Both the position numbers and the translations under genes were made by a program. The notes below the pieces were generated by a model. It worked only from the letters and a program-made list of their open reading frames with translations. It was not told where the DNA came from and did not search any database. 64,000 nt of DNA. It comes from Somniosus microcephalus (Eukaryota). This document shows positions 37,830-52,199 of this stretch, in pieces. The DNA lies in NCBI GenBank assembly GCA_052327205.1, contig CM126203.1:100750001-100814000 (forward strand), read 5' to 3'. Position 1 is the stretch's first letter, and the number at the start of each line of letters is the position of its first letter.

Positions 37830-38130
37830 GGGTTGATATATTGTTCTCTCACTTGAGGGACATGGTTTGAATCCAGTCCAAATAGATGTGAGAAAAATCT
37901 CCCTTTGATGATGGATCTTTAGGGTCATAAGTGAAATGAATATAGGCTGTCTCAAATCTAACTCCCAGTGGATATGAGCCCAGGGTATAAAACTGCACAT
38001 AATTCACCGCTAATTGTGCAACTTCACTCAAAAAGGCTACAGGAATAGATGGTGTGAGAAACAGAAATATCTTTCAGAATGTTTTAGTTAAAGAGCAACT
38101 ACATAGAGGGCCAAAGAATGAAGAACCTTA
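37830..38130 (+). mobile_element. LF-SINE-like ancient SINE remnant
   Basis: A B-box-like GGTTTGAATCCAG is followed by ordered blocks GTGAAATGA, GTCTC...CCCAGTGGA and AAAAC...CTAATTG that resemble my recollection of the LF-SINE consensus. Confidence 0.5.
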
Positions 38131-38367
38131 ATGCTAAACCATCAAGGACCATTGCTATCTCGACTAGCATTTGTTTCACAAATCACAGTTAATATAATAT
38201 GGTTTGAGGTATAATTTACAAAACAAACACATCTCAACTGTTAAAAGAAACATGATTTTTTTGTGCCAATAATAAACTATTAGGAAGTAAAGGTGTAATA
38301 GGGCCATTTTATCTTCAGTTTATAATATAGAGATGCTCCTTAACAACTTAAGCTGGAAGAATAGTAA

Positions 38368-38525
38368 CACTTGAAAGGGAACTGGATAAATACTTGAAGG
38401 GAAAAGATTTACAGGGCTATGAGGAAAGATCAGGGGAGTGGGATTAATTGGATAGCTCTACCAAAGAGCTGGCACAGGCACGGTGGGCCGAATGGCCTTC
38501 TTCTGTGCTGTATTATTCTATGATT
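38368..38525 (+). mobile_element. CR1 3' end fragment
   Basis: Closely similar to 2320-2470; ATTCTATGATTC tail. Confidence 0.85.
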
Positions 38526-39589
38526 CAAATAACCAGCCACATTCTGCGGGAAGGTCTGCTTTACTGCTGTGCAGCAACCGGAACATTTTGGATATACAGC
38601 TTGAAGAATACACAACACAAAGGATCTAATTCAAAGGAAACAGAGTGTGAGAAAAGCAAAGAAAGATTGAAGCAGAGTACAAAAATGGGAGACTGAAGAG
38701 TAAAAAATTAAGGCTGCTAAAGAAAAAATTATAGAATACATAGCTGGTACAGAAAAATCAACATATGATATATGAAAAATTGAAAGGATGGTGGAGAAAA
38801 TGTAAAACTGTCTGAAAAAAACCCAGAGAATGCAGAATACAACTTAAGTGGCTGTGACAAAATAAGCAAATTTTAACAAAAAGATCTAGAATGTAAAGAA
38901 ATTCAATGAAATCTCACCATCTTGGCATAAAAAGAGCATGAGTGTTGTATTCTAATTAGCACAATTTTTATGTACCTATATTACTTTTGAACAGTGAATT
39001 TGTTCTAAATGAAATCAATAGCTGCCACAGAAACAAGAATTTACAAAGCAAAAATATGGACGTCAATTATCAATTGAAAATGACTACCCCATTATACAGG
39101 TGCATTAGGGAGTTCTGCTGGTGCAGCGAGGTTGGTGCTCGTGCAGGAAAGTTCTATAATGCAACCAAACTTGTAGCATATTGAACTTGTTTGGGACATT
39201 TCTTTAGTTTATATATTATACACATAAATACATATGTACACTCATACATACACACAAAGTTGATGCTACTCATGGTGAGTTTGAGCTCTTATATGAACAG
39301 GGATATCAGGCCAAATAGTACAATCAGGTACAGTGATTTATCAACATGGGGGTGGGGGAGTGATCACTACCACCTGAGGCCAAGGTCTGCCAGCAATGAT
39401 ATGAAGTCTTTTGGTCCAGCAGTGCTTTAAGTGGGGCTCTGGGGTCTGGGAGCATCACACATATAGGGTCTGGGAGCATGGGTCAGGTCATGGGATCTGA
39501 GACCACTGCGAGATGGGAACTGGGAGTATTAGGGGTGGTTCTAGGATCCAAGAGATAGATAGATACAGGTACACGTACACACACATCTG

Positions 39590-39946
39590 CCCTAACTACG
39601 ATTCTTTCCCCTGCTCTTCTGAAGATGCCGAGTTGTGCTACAACACACGTCCACCCACAGCCGCTCTCTAGTCCTTATCCAAGTGGCCATTCTTCATTGT
39701 GACCTATGTGACCTAGATGCCAAGAGAACAAGCACTGGAAGGACTTATTGGTTGTTGGAAAGCATCACAACCAAATCCAACCTGACCCCAATGGACATTC
39801 ACACATACACACTCACCAACTGCAGTTACTGGACAGCAATCTGTTGCACTGGCTAATTTTTCCCTTTCTCAGTTCCTGGCTACAGAGCATTTATAGAGCT
39901 TCAGCTTCTAGCCTGGCTGAGATCAGCTAACTCAACACAAGACCTG
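39590..39946 (-). mobile_element. old SINE-like repeat remnant (family unassigned)
   Basis: The minus strand GAGTTAGCTGATCTCAGCC block resembles the degenerate plus-strand segment at about 51205-51375, which has a tRNA-like head. Confidence 0.4.
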
Positions 39947-41349
39947 ACACTCAGCAGCACACTTACTATTTAAGATATTCTGGAGGTAAACAATTAGAAA
40001 TTATAAACAGTAACAGTAAAATGTTCACAGTGGTACAAGTTACTGAAAATCAGTACTTGTGATAGATTGATTACTCACCAGTCAAGTCTTGTATGTTACT
40101 TTAGTGTGCATCAACACAAGCCTTATGCCAGATCCGTCAAAGGCTATTGTAAGACCGGAAAATAGTAGATAAGTTGGAACATCTAGATAAGCATGACAAT
40201 GACCTAAACATGAATGTATATGTGCCTGTAAGCACTGCATTACAATAGAGTTCAAAGAACAAGTATGTGCAATATCTACACCAACTGGATGTCAATTAGC
40301 ATCCTACTCTTTAATCAGCAATGTTGACAAGTAGAAGTCGTGGTGTACTATGTGCACAGCCTCTAAAACTGCTAACATCCAAGAATCTAATGATTTCATC
40401 ACCAACCAAACTGTCAAAGGTGATCCTAAGACAAAATAGAGAATCTATTTTTCTGGTTTGCACATAGATTTTGACTTGGATTCTGCAATTATTCCATATG
40501 ATTATTAAAATACATCAAGCCTTCACTTCCTTTTGCTGTTCTTGTCCACCTCATGTGCTTTCTCTTTTTTGTGTCTTTTCTATTCTCTCCAACACAAATA
40601 GTTTCCATGATACACTCAATCTAGTTGCAATTGCAAATGGGAAAACATTTACTTGTAAATAGCAGCATTTCATTTGATCTGAAGTTCTGGTGTTTGAAAG
40701 GTGAAGGTGTAAATGCATCTCTCTTCAACTTTGCTCAACTCCCAGTGCAGGGATACAAATACTCAAATTGGAGGCCAGCATGTTTTGCTATTCAGTCTGC
40801 TGCTAATGAAACTGCCCTATCATAATCTGGTTTCACCAACAGGTGGGAAACCTCCTCACCCAAGATTTACAGAGACGCTTTTAAAGCATCTCTGTACAGG
40901 TACTACAAAATGGGTATTTTTTTAAATGAGAAACCAAGGTGAAGGGTAGAAGGCACATGGTGCAGGATGCCAACAAGGGTCAAAATAGTAAAGGAAAAAT
41001 GGTAAATCATGAAGTAGTGACTGGATAGGTGGCACCAAACTTGGGCTTTGAAAGCCTGATAATTTGAGAAGCAGTGAAAGGCTGAAGAGGTAAAGAACCC
41101 AACAGATTTTACAATAGGAAGCTTTGCAGTGAGTTGAATTCAACAGAATGAAGTTTTAAAGAGAAGAGCATGTAGCTCAGCATATTTGGAGTTTAAAGGA
41201 AGCAAGAGAGGAAAGTACTGAGAAGCACAGGCCGTAGTAATGATGCGAAAAAGCCAAGAAAGGTTGTGAGAGAAAGGGGGTGGGGTGGGCAAGAGGTTGG
41301 AGTCTGGAGGTGAGAGGGGAAATGTTTATCAGACAGGCTTTTTTTTATG

Positions 41350-42048
41350 ATAGCAAACTATTGCGGATGCTGGAAATCCGAAATAACAACAGAAAACGCT
41401 GGAAAAACTCAGCAGGCCAGGCAACATCCGTGGAGAGAGAAAGAGTCAATGTTTCGGGTCGAAACCCTTCTACAGAACTGAGAGAAAAGGCAGGAAATGA
41501 AACAAAAGGCAGTTTGGGGGCTGGGAAATGGGGGAGGGGATGAAAGAAGAGACATTAAGAGATATTCAAGGTGAGATGAGATAGTAATAGGACAGGTAAA
41601 GAAACAGACAGTGGCTCTAGATGAAATGTGAAATGCGCTGGCAGAGTGAAAGACAGCTGCCGTGTGGGAGAGAGAGGAAAAAAAAGGGAAAAGTCACAAA
41701 CAAAAATTGTAGATAAAAAATATAATATAATAGGGGCCAAAGTTATGATCTGAAGTTATTGAACTCGATATCGAGTCCGTAAGGCTGTAAAGTGCCTAAT
41801 CAGAAGATGAGGTGCTGTTCCTCGAGTTTACGGTGAGCTTCCGTGGAACAATGCAAGAGGCCGCAGATGGTGAGGTCCGAGTGGGAATGGAGCGGTGAAT
41901 TGAAATGACAGGTGACCGGAAGCTTGGGGTCACACCCTTACGGACTGAATGGAGGTGTTCCGCAAAGCGGTCACCCAATCTGCGTTTGGTCTCCCCAATG
42001 TAGAGGAGACCACATCGTGAGCAGCGAATACAGTATACTAAATTGCAA
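41350..42048 (-). mobile_element. Penelope-like retroelement fragment (GIY-YIG endonuclease C-terminus plus 3' region)
   Basis: The minus strand reads NLVYCIRCSRCGLLYIGETKRRLGDRFAEH, a GIY-YIG motif with the PLE-type CxxC insert. Confidence 0.88.
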
Positions 42049-42214
42049 GAATTTTTTATACCTTGTTCAGGTGTATTAGAGAGGTGCTAGAAGAGGCTCA
42101 CTGGATATGGGAGAAGTAATCAAGTCTTGGACAAACAACTTTCTACAAATTCAGAATAGCTGAGGGGGAAAAGTATGTACACAATATTACAATAAATCTC
42201 GCATTTATATTTGT

Positions 42215-44364
42215 TATTAGTTCATGGGATGTGGATGTCGCTGGCAAGGCCATGGTGAGCCGCCTTCTTGAACCACTGCAGTCTGTGAGGTGAAGGTACT
42301 CCCAATGCTGTTAGGGAGGGAGTTCCAGGATTTTGACCCAGCAATGATGAAGGAACGGCGATATATTTCCAAGTCAGGACGGTGTGTAACTTGGAGGGGA
42401 ACCTGGGAGGTTCCCATGCACCTGCTGCCCTTGTCCTTCTAGATGGTAGAGATCACAGATTTGGGAGGTGCTGTTGAAGAAGCCTTGGCGAGTTGCTGCA
42501 ATGCATCTTATAGATGGTGCACACTGCAGACACGGTGTGCCCGTGGTAGAGGGAGTGAATGTTTAAGCTGGTGGATGGGGTGCCAATCAAGTGGGCTGCT
42601 TTGTCCTGGATGGTGTTGAGCTTCTTGAATGTTGTTGGAGCTGCACTTATCTGGGCAAGTGGAGATTATTCCATCACACTCCTGACTTGTGCCTTGTAGA
42701 TGGTGGAAAGGCTTTGGGGGTCGGGAGAATACTGCAGAATACCCAGCCTCTAACCTGCTCTTGTAGCCACAGTATTTATGTGGCTGGTCCAGTTAAGTTT
42801 CTGGTCAATGGCGACCCCCCCAGGATGTTGATGGTGGGGATTTGGCAATTGTAATGCCGTTGAATGTCAAGGGGCGGTGTTAGACTCTCTCTTGTTGGAG
42901 ATAGTCATTGACTGGCACTTGTGTGGCACAAATGTTACTTGCCACTTATCAGCCCAAGCCTGAATGTTGTCCAGGTTTTGCTGCATGCGGGCATGGACTG
43001 CTTCATTACCTGAGGAGTTGCGAATGGAACTGAACATTGTGCAATCATCAGCGAACATGCCCACTTCTGACCCTATGATGGAGGGAATGTCATTGATGAA
43101 ACAGCTGAAGATGGTTGGGCCAAGGACACTGCCATGAGGAACCCCTGCAGTGATGTCCTGGGGCCGTGATGATTGGCCTCCAACAACCACAACCATCTTC
43201 CTTTGTGCTAGGTATGACTCCAGCCAGTGGAGCATTTCCCCCGATTCTCATTTACTTCAATTTTACTAGTGCTCCTTGATGCCACATTTGGTCAAATGCT
43301 GCCATGATGTCAAGGGCAGTCACTCTGACCTCACCTTTGGAATTCAGCTCTTTTGTCCATGTTTGGATTAAGGCTGCAATGTGGTGTGGCGCTGAGTGGC
43401 CCTGGCGGATCCCAAATTGAGCATCGGTTAGCAGTAAGTGCCACTTGATAGCACTGTTGATGACACTTTCCATCACTTTGCTGATGATTGAGAGTAGACT
43501 GATGGGGCGGTAATTGGCCAGATTAGATTTGTCCTGCTTTTCATGGACAGGATATACCTGGGCAATTTTCCACATTGTCAGATAGATGCTAGTGTTGTAG
43601 CTGTACTGGAACAGCTTGGCTACAGGCATGCTTAGTTCTAGAGCACAAATTTTCAGCACGACAGCCGGGATGTTGTCGGGGCCCATAGCCTTTGCTGTAT
43701 CCCGTACACTCAACCATTTTGTGATATCACGTGGTGTGAAACGATTTGGATGCAGATGGTGGGGACCTCAGGAGGAGGCCGAGATAGGTAATCCACTCAG
43801 TACTTCTGGCTGAAGACGGTTGCGAATGCTTTAGCTTTGTCTTTTGCACTCACGTGCTGGGCTCCGTCATCATTGAAGATGGGGATGTTAATGGAGCCTC
43901 CTCCTCCCATTAGTTGTTTAATTGTCCACCACCATTCATGACTGGATGTGGCAGGACTGCAGAGCTTTGATCTGATAGGTTGGTTGTGGGATCACTTAGC
44001 TCTGTCTATAGCATGCTGTTTCCACTGTTTAGCATGTATGCAGTCCTGTGTTGTAGCTTCACCAGGTTGGCACTTAATTTTTTAGGTACACCTGAGGCTG
44101 GTCCTGGCATGCAGTAGTGGTGCTACCGAGCCACTCTGGGTGATGGACATTGAAGTCCCCCACCCAGAGTACATTCTGTGCCCTTGCTACCCTCAATGCT
44201 TCTTCCAAGTGGTGTTCAACATGGAGGAGTACTGATTCATCAGCTGAGGGAGGGTGGTAGGTGGTAATCAGCTGGAGGTTTCCTTGCACATGTTTGACCT
44301 GATGCCATGAGACTTCATGGGGTCCGGATTCAATGTTAAAGACTCACGAGGCCACTCCCTCCAG
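42215..44364 (-). mobile_element. CR1/L2-group LINE remnant with APE endonuclease and RT pieces, heavily deleted
   Basis: APE motifs TTYHPP and VGDFNVHH; RT motifs KAMGPDNIP, NYRPISLLS, ALDIMAAFDQMW, GVPHGSVLGP and MFADD. It is a different family from the main CR1 copies. Confidence 0.88.
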
Positions 44365-44386
44365 ATATATATATATATATATATAT
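44365..44386. repeat. (TA)n microsatellite
   Basis: About 11 TA units at the 5' break of the LINE. Confidence 0.9.
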
Positions 44387-45174
44387 CGCCTCATCATGCC
44401 AAATGTCTCATCATTAACACAATGGGGTAGATTTTAGACTTTCACCTGAACTGGACACAACAACGGCAGAGTGGGTGCGCCAACTAGCCAATGCCAGCCC
44501 AATTTATGGGTTTTGGCCTTACTTAAATCCCACCGGTGAGCTGTGGGCACCTCACAGCAGCGTGCCAGTTGTGGGAGGGTGGGAAATTGGCTGGATTCCA
44601 TGCTGAGCTGGGTCTGGAGGGGTGTGGACTTGCCAAAGTTTTTGGTGGGCTCAGGGGGAGCCAAAAAAAAGTTCAATTTGAGTAAAGGAAGGCTGACATA
44701 TGAAGAAAGGCTGAGGGTGAAGCCCAAGAGAACATGCAATAGCAATTGGCTATATTTGCAAGATATATGAAGAAACTGTCTAAGAAGACAAAGTTTTCAT
44801 TAAAGGGCACAAGAAATTAAAATAGAATGATTCAGCCACTGCAGTGCAAAAGGATTGGAGGGCATCACATTGGTAATTATGAATTAGCCAGAACATTCAA
44901 GGTGATCGATAATATGATGGTTAATAGCTTCCATAAGTTTAGAAAGTGCAGGGCTAGGGCTAAAAGGGAAAAATCACCTTTCTTAAGGATATGGAAACTT
45001 CCAAGGACAATGAAAGATGTAAAAAAATAACACGTTTCAAAACCTTAAACAATACACTGAAGCTATATTATGCTGCGTTGGTAAGTGACAGGACATGGAA
45101 TTATACTAATGATTCCTGACAAGTTAGTTGTCTGATTAGCGTGACAGGAAATAATTCAGGTTTCTTACAAAGAA

Positions 45175-45677
45175 AATACACGGAAGTTACAATATGAAAA
45201 CAGGCCATTTGGCCCAGTCCGTGTTGGCGCTTTATTGAAAAGGACCCAAATTATCAAGTTTTTAAAAATATTTTTATTTCCTCATAAGGCAGCATCCTAG
45301 TGAATCTGCGCTATATCCTCTTGAAAGCCTCAATATCCTTCCTATATTGTGGAGCCCAATACTGCACATAGAATCATAGAATAGTTACAGCACAGAAGGA
45401 GGCCATTTGGCCCGTCGAGCCCATGCCAGCTCTGCACGAGCACTTCAGCTACAGTGCCACTCCCCTGCCCTTTCCCCGTAGCCCTGCAATTTTTTTCCTT
45501 CAGGTTCTTATCCAATTCCCTTTTGAAAGCCACGATTGAATCTGCCTCCACCACCCTCTCAGGCAGTGCATTCCAGATCTTAACCACTCGTGTAAAAATG
45601 TTTTTCCTCTTGTCGCCTTTGGTTCTTCTGCCAACCACCTTAAATCTGTGTCCTCTCATGTGAACTTATCCAAACCT
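45175..45677 (-). mobile_element. CR1 3' fragments
   Basis: RGHRFKVVGRR...RVVKIWNALPERVVEADS motif; the tail reads catagaatcatagaat at about 45367. Confidence 0.85.
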
Positions 45678-46383
45678 CTGCTGCCCGTATCCTAACCCGC
45701 ACTAAGTTCCGCTCACTCATTACCCCTGTGCTCGCTGTCCTACATCGGCTCTCAGTCTACCAACACCGATTTTAACATTCACATTCCCTTGTTCAAAATC
45801 CCCCATGGCCTCACCCCTCCCTATCACTGGAAGCTCCTCTAGCCCTATGAGGTATCTGCGCCCCTCCAGTTCTGGCCTCTTGCGCATCCCCGATTTTAAT
45901 CGCTCCTCCTTGGCGACATATTTCCTATGTCAACTTGCATTTCTATAGCATGCAACATAATACATAACCCCAAGTGCTTCACAGAAGAGAAACAAACAAG
46001 CAGTAATAGAAGAATGCATGTACAGGAAACTACAGTATGAATACCAAAGTGTACAGATTGAGATGCAAGGCTGAACAAGGTTGCAGCGATAGGTTGGGGT
46101 AATGTCATGGATGGATTTATAAATAAGGACACAGTTTTTGAATTAAATGCATTGGGAGTCAGGGAGCCAACAGAGGTTACCAAGGATAGATGTGATGGGT
46201 GAGTGGGACTTAGGATGTGGGCAGCCAAATTTTTGATGAGTTGGCATTTCTGCAGGGTGCAAGTCAGGAGGCCGGTGAGGAAAACATTCGAGAAGTAAAG
46301 CCTGGAGGTAACAAAAGTGTGGATAAGTCTTCCCAGTGGCAGTAGGGTGACGCAAGGACAGAGGCAGCTGATGTTGCAGAGGT
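45678..46383. mobile_element. two L2 fragments in opposite orientation (45678-45915 plus; about 45930-46383 minus)
   Basis: Both resemble the L2 3' region at 356-960 and 56280-56932. Confidence 0.7.
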
Positions 46384-47751
46384 TTCCTTTATGTGTAATA
46401 ATGTTTGCAAATGACTGACTGGTTCCTTGTGACTAGGATCAGCAAGGTAGCAGAGATAAGCAAAGATACCAAAAAGAAATCACATTTCTTTCAAAAATAT
46501 TAGAACCAAACTTGTTAAATAATATACTAATAATTCATTAGAGGTAAGAAAAATGGAATCATGTATCACTTGTGTTAAAACTGGTAATTAAAAATGTTAT
46601 TTCAACATAGTCATACTTCAAGAACTTCCTTGCCGACCCCCATTACTCTTCTACTTTTTCTAGTATGACATGCATTCTCAAATGATGTGAGCGAAGCTTG
46701 ATCTACTTAGTGCCAATTACTAACCTTGTGAGGCTCTCTTGCACTCCTCAAACTGGATCTGATTCAGTCCTGCCGTGCTGACATTCCTGCCTGCCCCAAA
46801 TCATATCCAGTCCCCTTTCTATTTAGTTCTACATTTCCAATCTTGTACCAGATTCTAATATGGCCACTATCCTTTAGCAGCCTCTGTTCTACACGAGCTA
46901 TTCAAAGTCAGTAAAATAGTCTTTCATATTTTATGTAAGTTCATTATGTGTAAGTCAAATAACTGGAGAGATCAGTACATGAAACTGAGACTACTGCTCA
47001 CACTGCAAATGTGTGGGTTGCAGTCAGAAAGAGTGGATAGACTACTTGAAGAATGGAAAGAGATATAGAAAAACTAAGTATGAATTTTGTATAATGTATT
47101 TTTGTATATCAATTTTTAGCGAAGGGATAATGTATGTACTTTCTTCCGTCCCCTAGTCTCCCTGTACTGCAGAGCTCCTTCAATCAAGAGGACAGACGAG
47201 GACCTACTTCCAGATAACAACATCTCATCTATAGGCTCCCAGCAGCAAATGGCTCCATAGGTTTTCTTTTTGGACTTGGATTTCAATTAGCAGGTGCCCA
47301 AAACTAGCAAATTCACAAGCAAACTGCTTGATGTTCTAATCTCAGATGCTCCTGATTGAGCTTGAAGACTGAAAATGATGCAGAGTACATGAAAATTTAA
47401 GGAGTTTAGTGCTGCTGAGAGACCATAATCAAGGTACAGTTCGGTGTAGGTAGGTCTCCAGCCGTTCCTGTTGGGATCTGGATGGAGAATGTGCAGGGTA
47501 ACTAAGACTTTTAAACTTAGATTTTCAAATTGGCATTATTTAAATACTGATTTTAACCTTTTAAAAAAAAAAATGGGTTGGCTTTGACATTAAAACAGCA
47601 CTAACTGGAAAATCCAGGCTGTAGTATCTGATCTACAACCAAAGTTTAGACAGTTAATTTGTGGAAACAAATATTAATCTTGTTCAGAAATTTGGATAAA
47701 CACAGTCAGTGCATTGGTGCCTTAAAGTGTGAGAACAGTCTGACCAAAATA

Positions 47752-48663
47752 TAACATAAGAAATAGGAGCTAGAGTAGGCCATTTGGCCTTCAAGCCTGC
47801 TCCGCCATTCAATAAGATCATGGCTCATCTTCTACCTCAATCCACCTTCCCGCACTATCTCCATATCCCATAATTCCCTTAGTTCCCAAATATGTATCGA
47901 CCCGTCTTGAATATACTCAACGACTGAGCATCCACACCTCTCTGGGGTAGAGAATTCCAAAGATTCACAACCCTTTGAGTGAAGAAATTTCTATCAGTCC
48001 TAAATGGCCGACCCCTTATTCTGAGACTGTGACCCCGTGTTCTAGATTCCCCAGCCAGGGGAAACATTTTCTCAGCATTAACCCCGTCAAGCCCCTTAAG
48101 AATTTTATATGTTTCAATTAGATCACCTCTCATTCTTCTAAACTCTAGGGACTACAGGCCTAGTCTACTTAATCGCTCCTCATAGGGCAATCCCTCATCC
48201 CTGGAACCAGTCTAGTGAACATTCGTTGCACTCCCTCTAAGGCAAGTATGTCTTTCCTTAGGTGAGGAGACCAGAACTGTACAGATTACTCCAGGTGTGG
48301 CCTCACCAATGTCCTGTATAATTGCAGTAAGACTTCTTTACTCTTATACTCTAATCCCTTTGTAACAAAAGCTAACATACCATTTGCTTTCCTAATTGCT
48401 TGCTGTATCTGCATGTTAACGTTCTGTGATTCATGTACAAGGACATCCAGGTCCCTCTGAATGCAAACATTTCCCAATCTCTCACCATTAAAAAAATATT
48501 CTGCTTTTTTGTTGTTCCTACCAAAGTGGAGAACTTCACACTTCCCCACATTATATTCCATTTTCCATGTTCTTGTCCACTCAGTCAACCTGTATATATC
48601 TCTCTGTAGCCTCTTTGCGTTCGCCTCACAGCTTACTTTCCCACCTAACTTGTATCATCAGTA
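47752..48663 (-). mobile_element. CR1 LINE 3' fragment
   Basis: [27 protein letters not shown] and MRGDLIETYKI motifs; same subfamily as 3176-3824 and 9950-11295. Confidence 0.92.
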
Positions 48664-48829
48664 AAGTTAGTGAGTATCCTGGTCTTTGAGGAGATCCACT
48701 TCCCAGAATATGTGTGTGTTTCTGTACGCATGTGCATTGAGGTTATAAGTTTAAAAAATGTTTTAAAACTAGCGATGATCACAATTGGCATGAGGAACTG
48801 CCATTTTGCTGCCATAGCATAGCGGAAGA

Positions 48830-49712
48830 AATAGAGTCATAACAGCACAGAAGGAGGCTATTCAGCCCATCGAGTCCATGCCGGCTCTTTGCAGAGCAAT
48901 ACAGTCAGTCCCATTCCCCCGCTCTATCCCCGTAGCCCTGCAAGTTTATTTCCTTCAAGTGCCTATCCAGTCTCCCCTTGAAAACATTGATTGTCTCCAC
49001 TTCCACCACTTCTGTCGGCAGCGAGTTCCAGGTCCTCACCACTCGCTATGTAAAAAAGTTTTCCCTTACATCCCCCCTGTATCTCTTGCCCAAAACCTTA
49101 AATCTGTGTCCCCTAGTCCTTGTACCATCAACTAGTGGGGAACAGCTTTTCCCCGGTCTAGCCTACCCACAACCCGTCATAATCTTGTACACCTCTATCA
49201 AATCACCCCTCAATCTCCTTTGCTCTAACGAAAACAAATCCAGCTTCTCCAACCTGTCCTTGAAGCGAAGATCCCCCATCCCTGGAACCATTCTGGTAAA
49301 TCTTCTCTGCACCCTCTCAAGGGCCTTCACATCCTTCCTAAAGTGTGGTGACCAGAACTGGACGCAATACTCCAGTTGTGGCCTAACCAGCGCTTTATAA
49401 AGATTCAGCATAACTTCTCTACTTTTGTACTCAATACCTCTATTTATGAAGCCCAAGATCCCATATGCTTTGCTAACCACTCTCAATATGTCCTGCCACC
49501 TTCAGGGACCTATGCACATTAACTCCCAGGTCCCTCTGTCCCTGCACACTCTTTAAAACTGTGCCATTAAGTGTATATTGCCTCTCCCTGTTCCTTCTGC
49601 CAAAATGCATCACCTCACACTTCTCTGTATTAAATTCCGTCTGCCCATTCTGCTAGCCTTTCTATGTCCTGTTGCAGTCGATTGGTATCATCCTCACTGT
49701 TTGCCACCCCCC
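48830..49712 (-). mobile_element. CR1 LINE 3' fragment
   Basis: KAYGILGFINRGIEYKSREVMLNLYKALVRPQLEYCVQFWSPH motif. Confidence 0.92.
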
Positions 49713-52199
49713 CATTAAAGGAAACATATATTGTAGAACACTAAATCTATGCTGCAGCTAAAGATCAAAATAATGCCTTATTCTGCACTCTGTTTTGAGT
49801 AGGAAGGGGAGGGGGGGAAGAGAGGAAGGAAGGGGGGTTAGCGGAAGGTTGATGGAACTGATTTTAGACGGATCTCGATGATCCTTAGATACCAGACTGC
49901 AAATTTCTTCCATTTATTATTATAGATCTACTGAGTAGTGAGACTTCCATGAAGTCATAATGGTGCAAATAACCTAGTGGTTACCCTCGACACTCAATTG
50001 GTCCCTTTCTATAAATCAACTTGTCAGTTGAAGGCTAGCTGGGACACAATACTTACTGGGCTTTTCTTTTGAATGCCAGGATCCTCTGACTGTATGGTGA
50101 TCACATTTTGACACAGGAAAACACCTGAGACAGCTCAGTATCTCAACGAAGAACAAATAAAAGAGCAACTTTTGTGGGTGACATGAAACGAATATGATGA
50201 ACTTGGAATCCTCTTTCCTCATCTTTAAAGTTACTCTACTAATTAGAGAGAACATTTATAGGAAACTGCCTCCTAGGAGTATTGTCACTTAATTGTCTGC
50301 AATATCTCAAGATCTTTGCTTCGGGATTTTAACATACTCGAATAATGGCATTATTAAAAAAAAGAGTTAAAGAGATGGGTCACCTATTGATGCATATATC
50401 TACACATGGGACTGAATAATTTTCTTATTAAGCAGGACTACTGTCACTGTGTTCTGTTATTGATGAGCATTGAACTCTAATTTGTGTCTCTGGCATTTGT
50501 CCAATATTTACAGCATCCTTGCAGAAAGGGTCAGTAATGTTATCACACCCTGTTGGTTTACACATTTCATTTTTAGGGTGTATTCCCACAGTAGGATGGA
50601 CTGACCTCAGATCGAATGTTGGATGTATTTAACGGCAAATCAGAGAACTTCGTTGTAGCTATAGCAGTTGGTCAGACAATGGTACCATTTCATAGACAGC
50701 AAGGAGGCATCACTAGGATTAGAGGGTGATAGCTTTCACAGTCACAGGCCTGTCACAACTTTGAAGAGAAGAAGTGACCTAAGTTAGAGATGCAGCCCAA
50801 ATCTATGGTCTGATATATTGTATTTAAAATTGTAAGACATAGACATAGTAGAACATTTTCAAATGTGGTAAGCAAAGATGGCTCCAGGCTTTAGATCATA
50901 GAGCTGCAAAGAGGCCATTTGATTTCAATCTTTCCTTATTAGACAAAGCATGCATGTGTTGAAAGTAGGGATTGGGGGGAAATGTGCAAGACCATAACTC
51001 CAATTTTTAAAGTCATGATAAAAGAAATCAATAACACGGATGAGAAGAGAGATTTTGTGTAAAGCCAAGATATCATTTTAAGCAAAGTGTGTGGTAAACA
51101 GACGTCAAAAGTCAACTTCTTTAATACGGACTTCGATTATATAGATTGCTGCCTAGCACAACAAAGATGACTAATTTCAAGAACTCAAAATGGTCATCTT
51201 TACCAACGGCTTAGTGGGTAAATACACTATGTGGTGTGTTGCTAAATCATGCAGACAGGAAAATCACAAGTTGAATGCCTGGGTATGTTTTGATTTAGAT
51301 GATGTCAGCTATGGCAGCAGTGGGCACTACAATTGGTCGCAGTGGACTAGGGTGGGAAACGAGAAAAAAAAGTCACTAGAACCAAATTAATATTAGATAT
51401 ACCCCTGTAATATTTTTCAACAATATAACTGTGCTGATCTGTATCCATGAATTTATATTCAATAGTTTTTGCCCTCTTGGGTTCTCTCTACTTTTGGGGG
51501 TAAAAGACTAGCAGAATGATATCATTGGGACACCTATACTGTAGAGCTATAGACTATCTGAACCTTTTTACAGCTTATTTGTAGAATTATGCAGAGGACT
51601 TTCAAACTCTATGATGGTGTATTTTGGCTGTGAAAAATTGCTCCTTAATTTTAAGTTTTGAGTGCTGTTGGCTTTTCTGTGAAGCTCAGCTCTTGGAAAT
51701 AACCCCAAGCCGATTATAATAGACTGACTATGCTTGGGAATTTTCCATTGGACTGCAGGAGCCAAATGCCTATATTGTGCAGTACAGATTGCTTACCAGT
51801 AGAGGGCTGTCTGCCATATAATTGCATAATCCTTTTTACTTGCATAACATCTGACCTGGAATGTATGGTATTGAGCAACACTTGAAGAATCCAAAACAAA
51901 AGAGCACATGATCTTGTTACTTTGAGTTTTTTGGTCTTTCATTGTAATTGTTCTTTGCTTATAAAATACATTACAATCAAAGTATAATAATACATAGCAT
52001 TAGCATAGATGGCTATAGCATATTGCACAGTGAGCGGTTGGGATTTCTGCCAATGCTCGAGACCAATTCCAGGGAATGGCATTGACATTAGATTTTACTG
52101 CTGTGGTAGTGCCTGGTGGATTTTGGTTGTGAAACTTCAGCTTGGACATTTACTCTATTCAGGTGGGTCAGGGCATACTCCAGATGCTTGGTGTATGAC

